This document shows, piece after piece, positions 63,612 to 64,000 of a stretch of 64,000 bases of DNA. Positions within the stretch are counted from its first letter, which is position 1. Each line of letters starts with the position of its first letter. The notes under the pieces are model-generated. The model was not told the origin of the DNA. It did no database searches and was given only the letters and a program-made list of their open reading frames with translations. The DNA comes from Rubrivivax sp. (GTDB lineage Bacteria > Pseudomonadota > Gammaproteobacteria > Burkholderiales > Burkholderiaceae_C). The stretch covers positions 3,714,601 to 3,778,600 of the forward strand of contig JASGHX010000001.1 of assembly GCA_047602205.1 (NCBI GenBank), read 5' to 3'. Made by a program: the position numbers and the translations under genes.

Positions 63612-63725
63612 TGGACGGAATCTGGCTCGAAGACCGTCGCCGCGCTGCCAGCCCATGCGCGCCATCCAGCGCCGCAGGTCGAGCTCGCACGGCCGCCGAG
63701 GCGAACGAAACTGCGGCCGGCCCAT

Positions 63726-63989
63726 TCAGCCCGCGAAGCCGCCCCGGCGCAGGAATTCGGCTTCCGCCGCCGTCGTCGTGCGGCCGAGCAGCGCATTGCG
63801 GTGCGGAAAGCGGCCGAAGCGGCGCACGATGTCCTGGTGCCCTTGGGCATGCGCACGGAACTCGCGGCCCAGGCGCGTGTTGAGTTCGACCGACAGCGCC
63901 TGGTCCGCCAGGTCTTCGGAGTGCGCGAAGGGCAGGCACAGGAACAGCCGCAGCCCGGCCTCGACGCTGTCGAAGAAGCCGGCGTCCAT
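63726..63989 (-). pseudogene. DUF924-family C-terminal half; an in-frame TGA lies just upstream (rest is outside the window)
   Basis: LPFAHSEDLADQ, HQDIVRRFGRFPHRNALLGRTTT, FLRRGGFAG. Confidence 0.65.
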
Positions 63990-64000
63990 GCGGCTTCAGG

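Overview
High-GC betaproteobacterial chromosome; gene content and order suggest Burkholderiales of the Rubrivivax/Ideonella/Aquabacterium type (inference). Bases 1-54.0 kb are mostly core genome: a type II secretion cluster (gspF-E-D-N-M-L-K-J-I-H-G with divergent gspC; gspA/gspB lie 40 kb away), a degenerate cobT paralog, ilvA with an upstream anti-SD sRNA, osmC-like, coq7, porin, lptM, cyaY, mrcA, pilMNOPQ plus an Ig-like lipoprotein, aroK, aroB, dgt, a catalytically degenerate Y1/RAYT transposase, gltBD, mlaFEDACB, hexR, zwf, a beta-helix protein, an AfuABC-like ABC transporter, tal and pgi. Six genes in this part carry a +1 frameshift. All six restore to a GGCC, and five to CCAGGCC, which points to a motif-linked sequencing artefact rather than pseudogenes. 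From about 54.3 kb an accessory, partly decayed island begins: a broken HAD gene joined to an IS91-family fragment, several gene remnants, a sulfatase/Bug/Crp module and a DUF2892/ECF sigma pair. The best candidate for an undescribed system is in this island. It is an intact 677-aa fusion of a full-length PilU retraction ATPase with degenerate catalytic motifs, a beta-rich domain and a C-terminal TIR domain that keeps its catalytic Glu, and it may be a pilus-ATPase decoy/sensor coupled to an NADase defence effector. No rRNA, tRNA or CRISPR array was seen. Family assignments come from motif recognition only; no database search was run.
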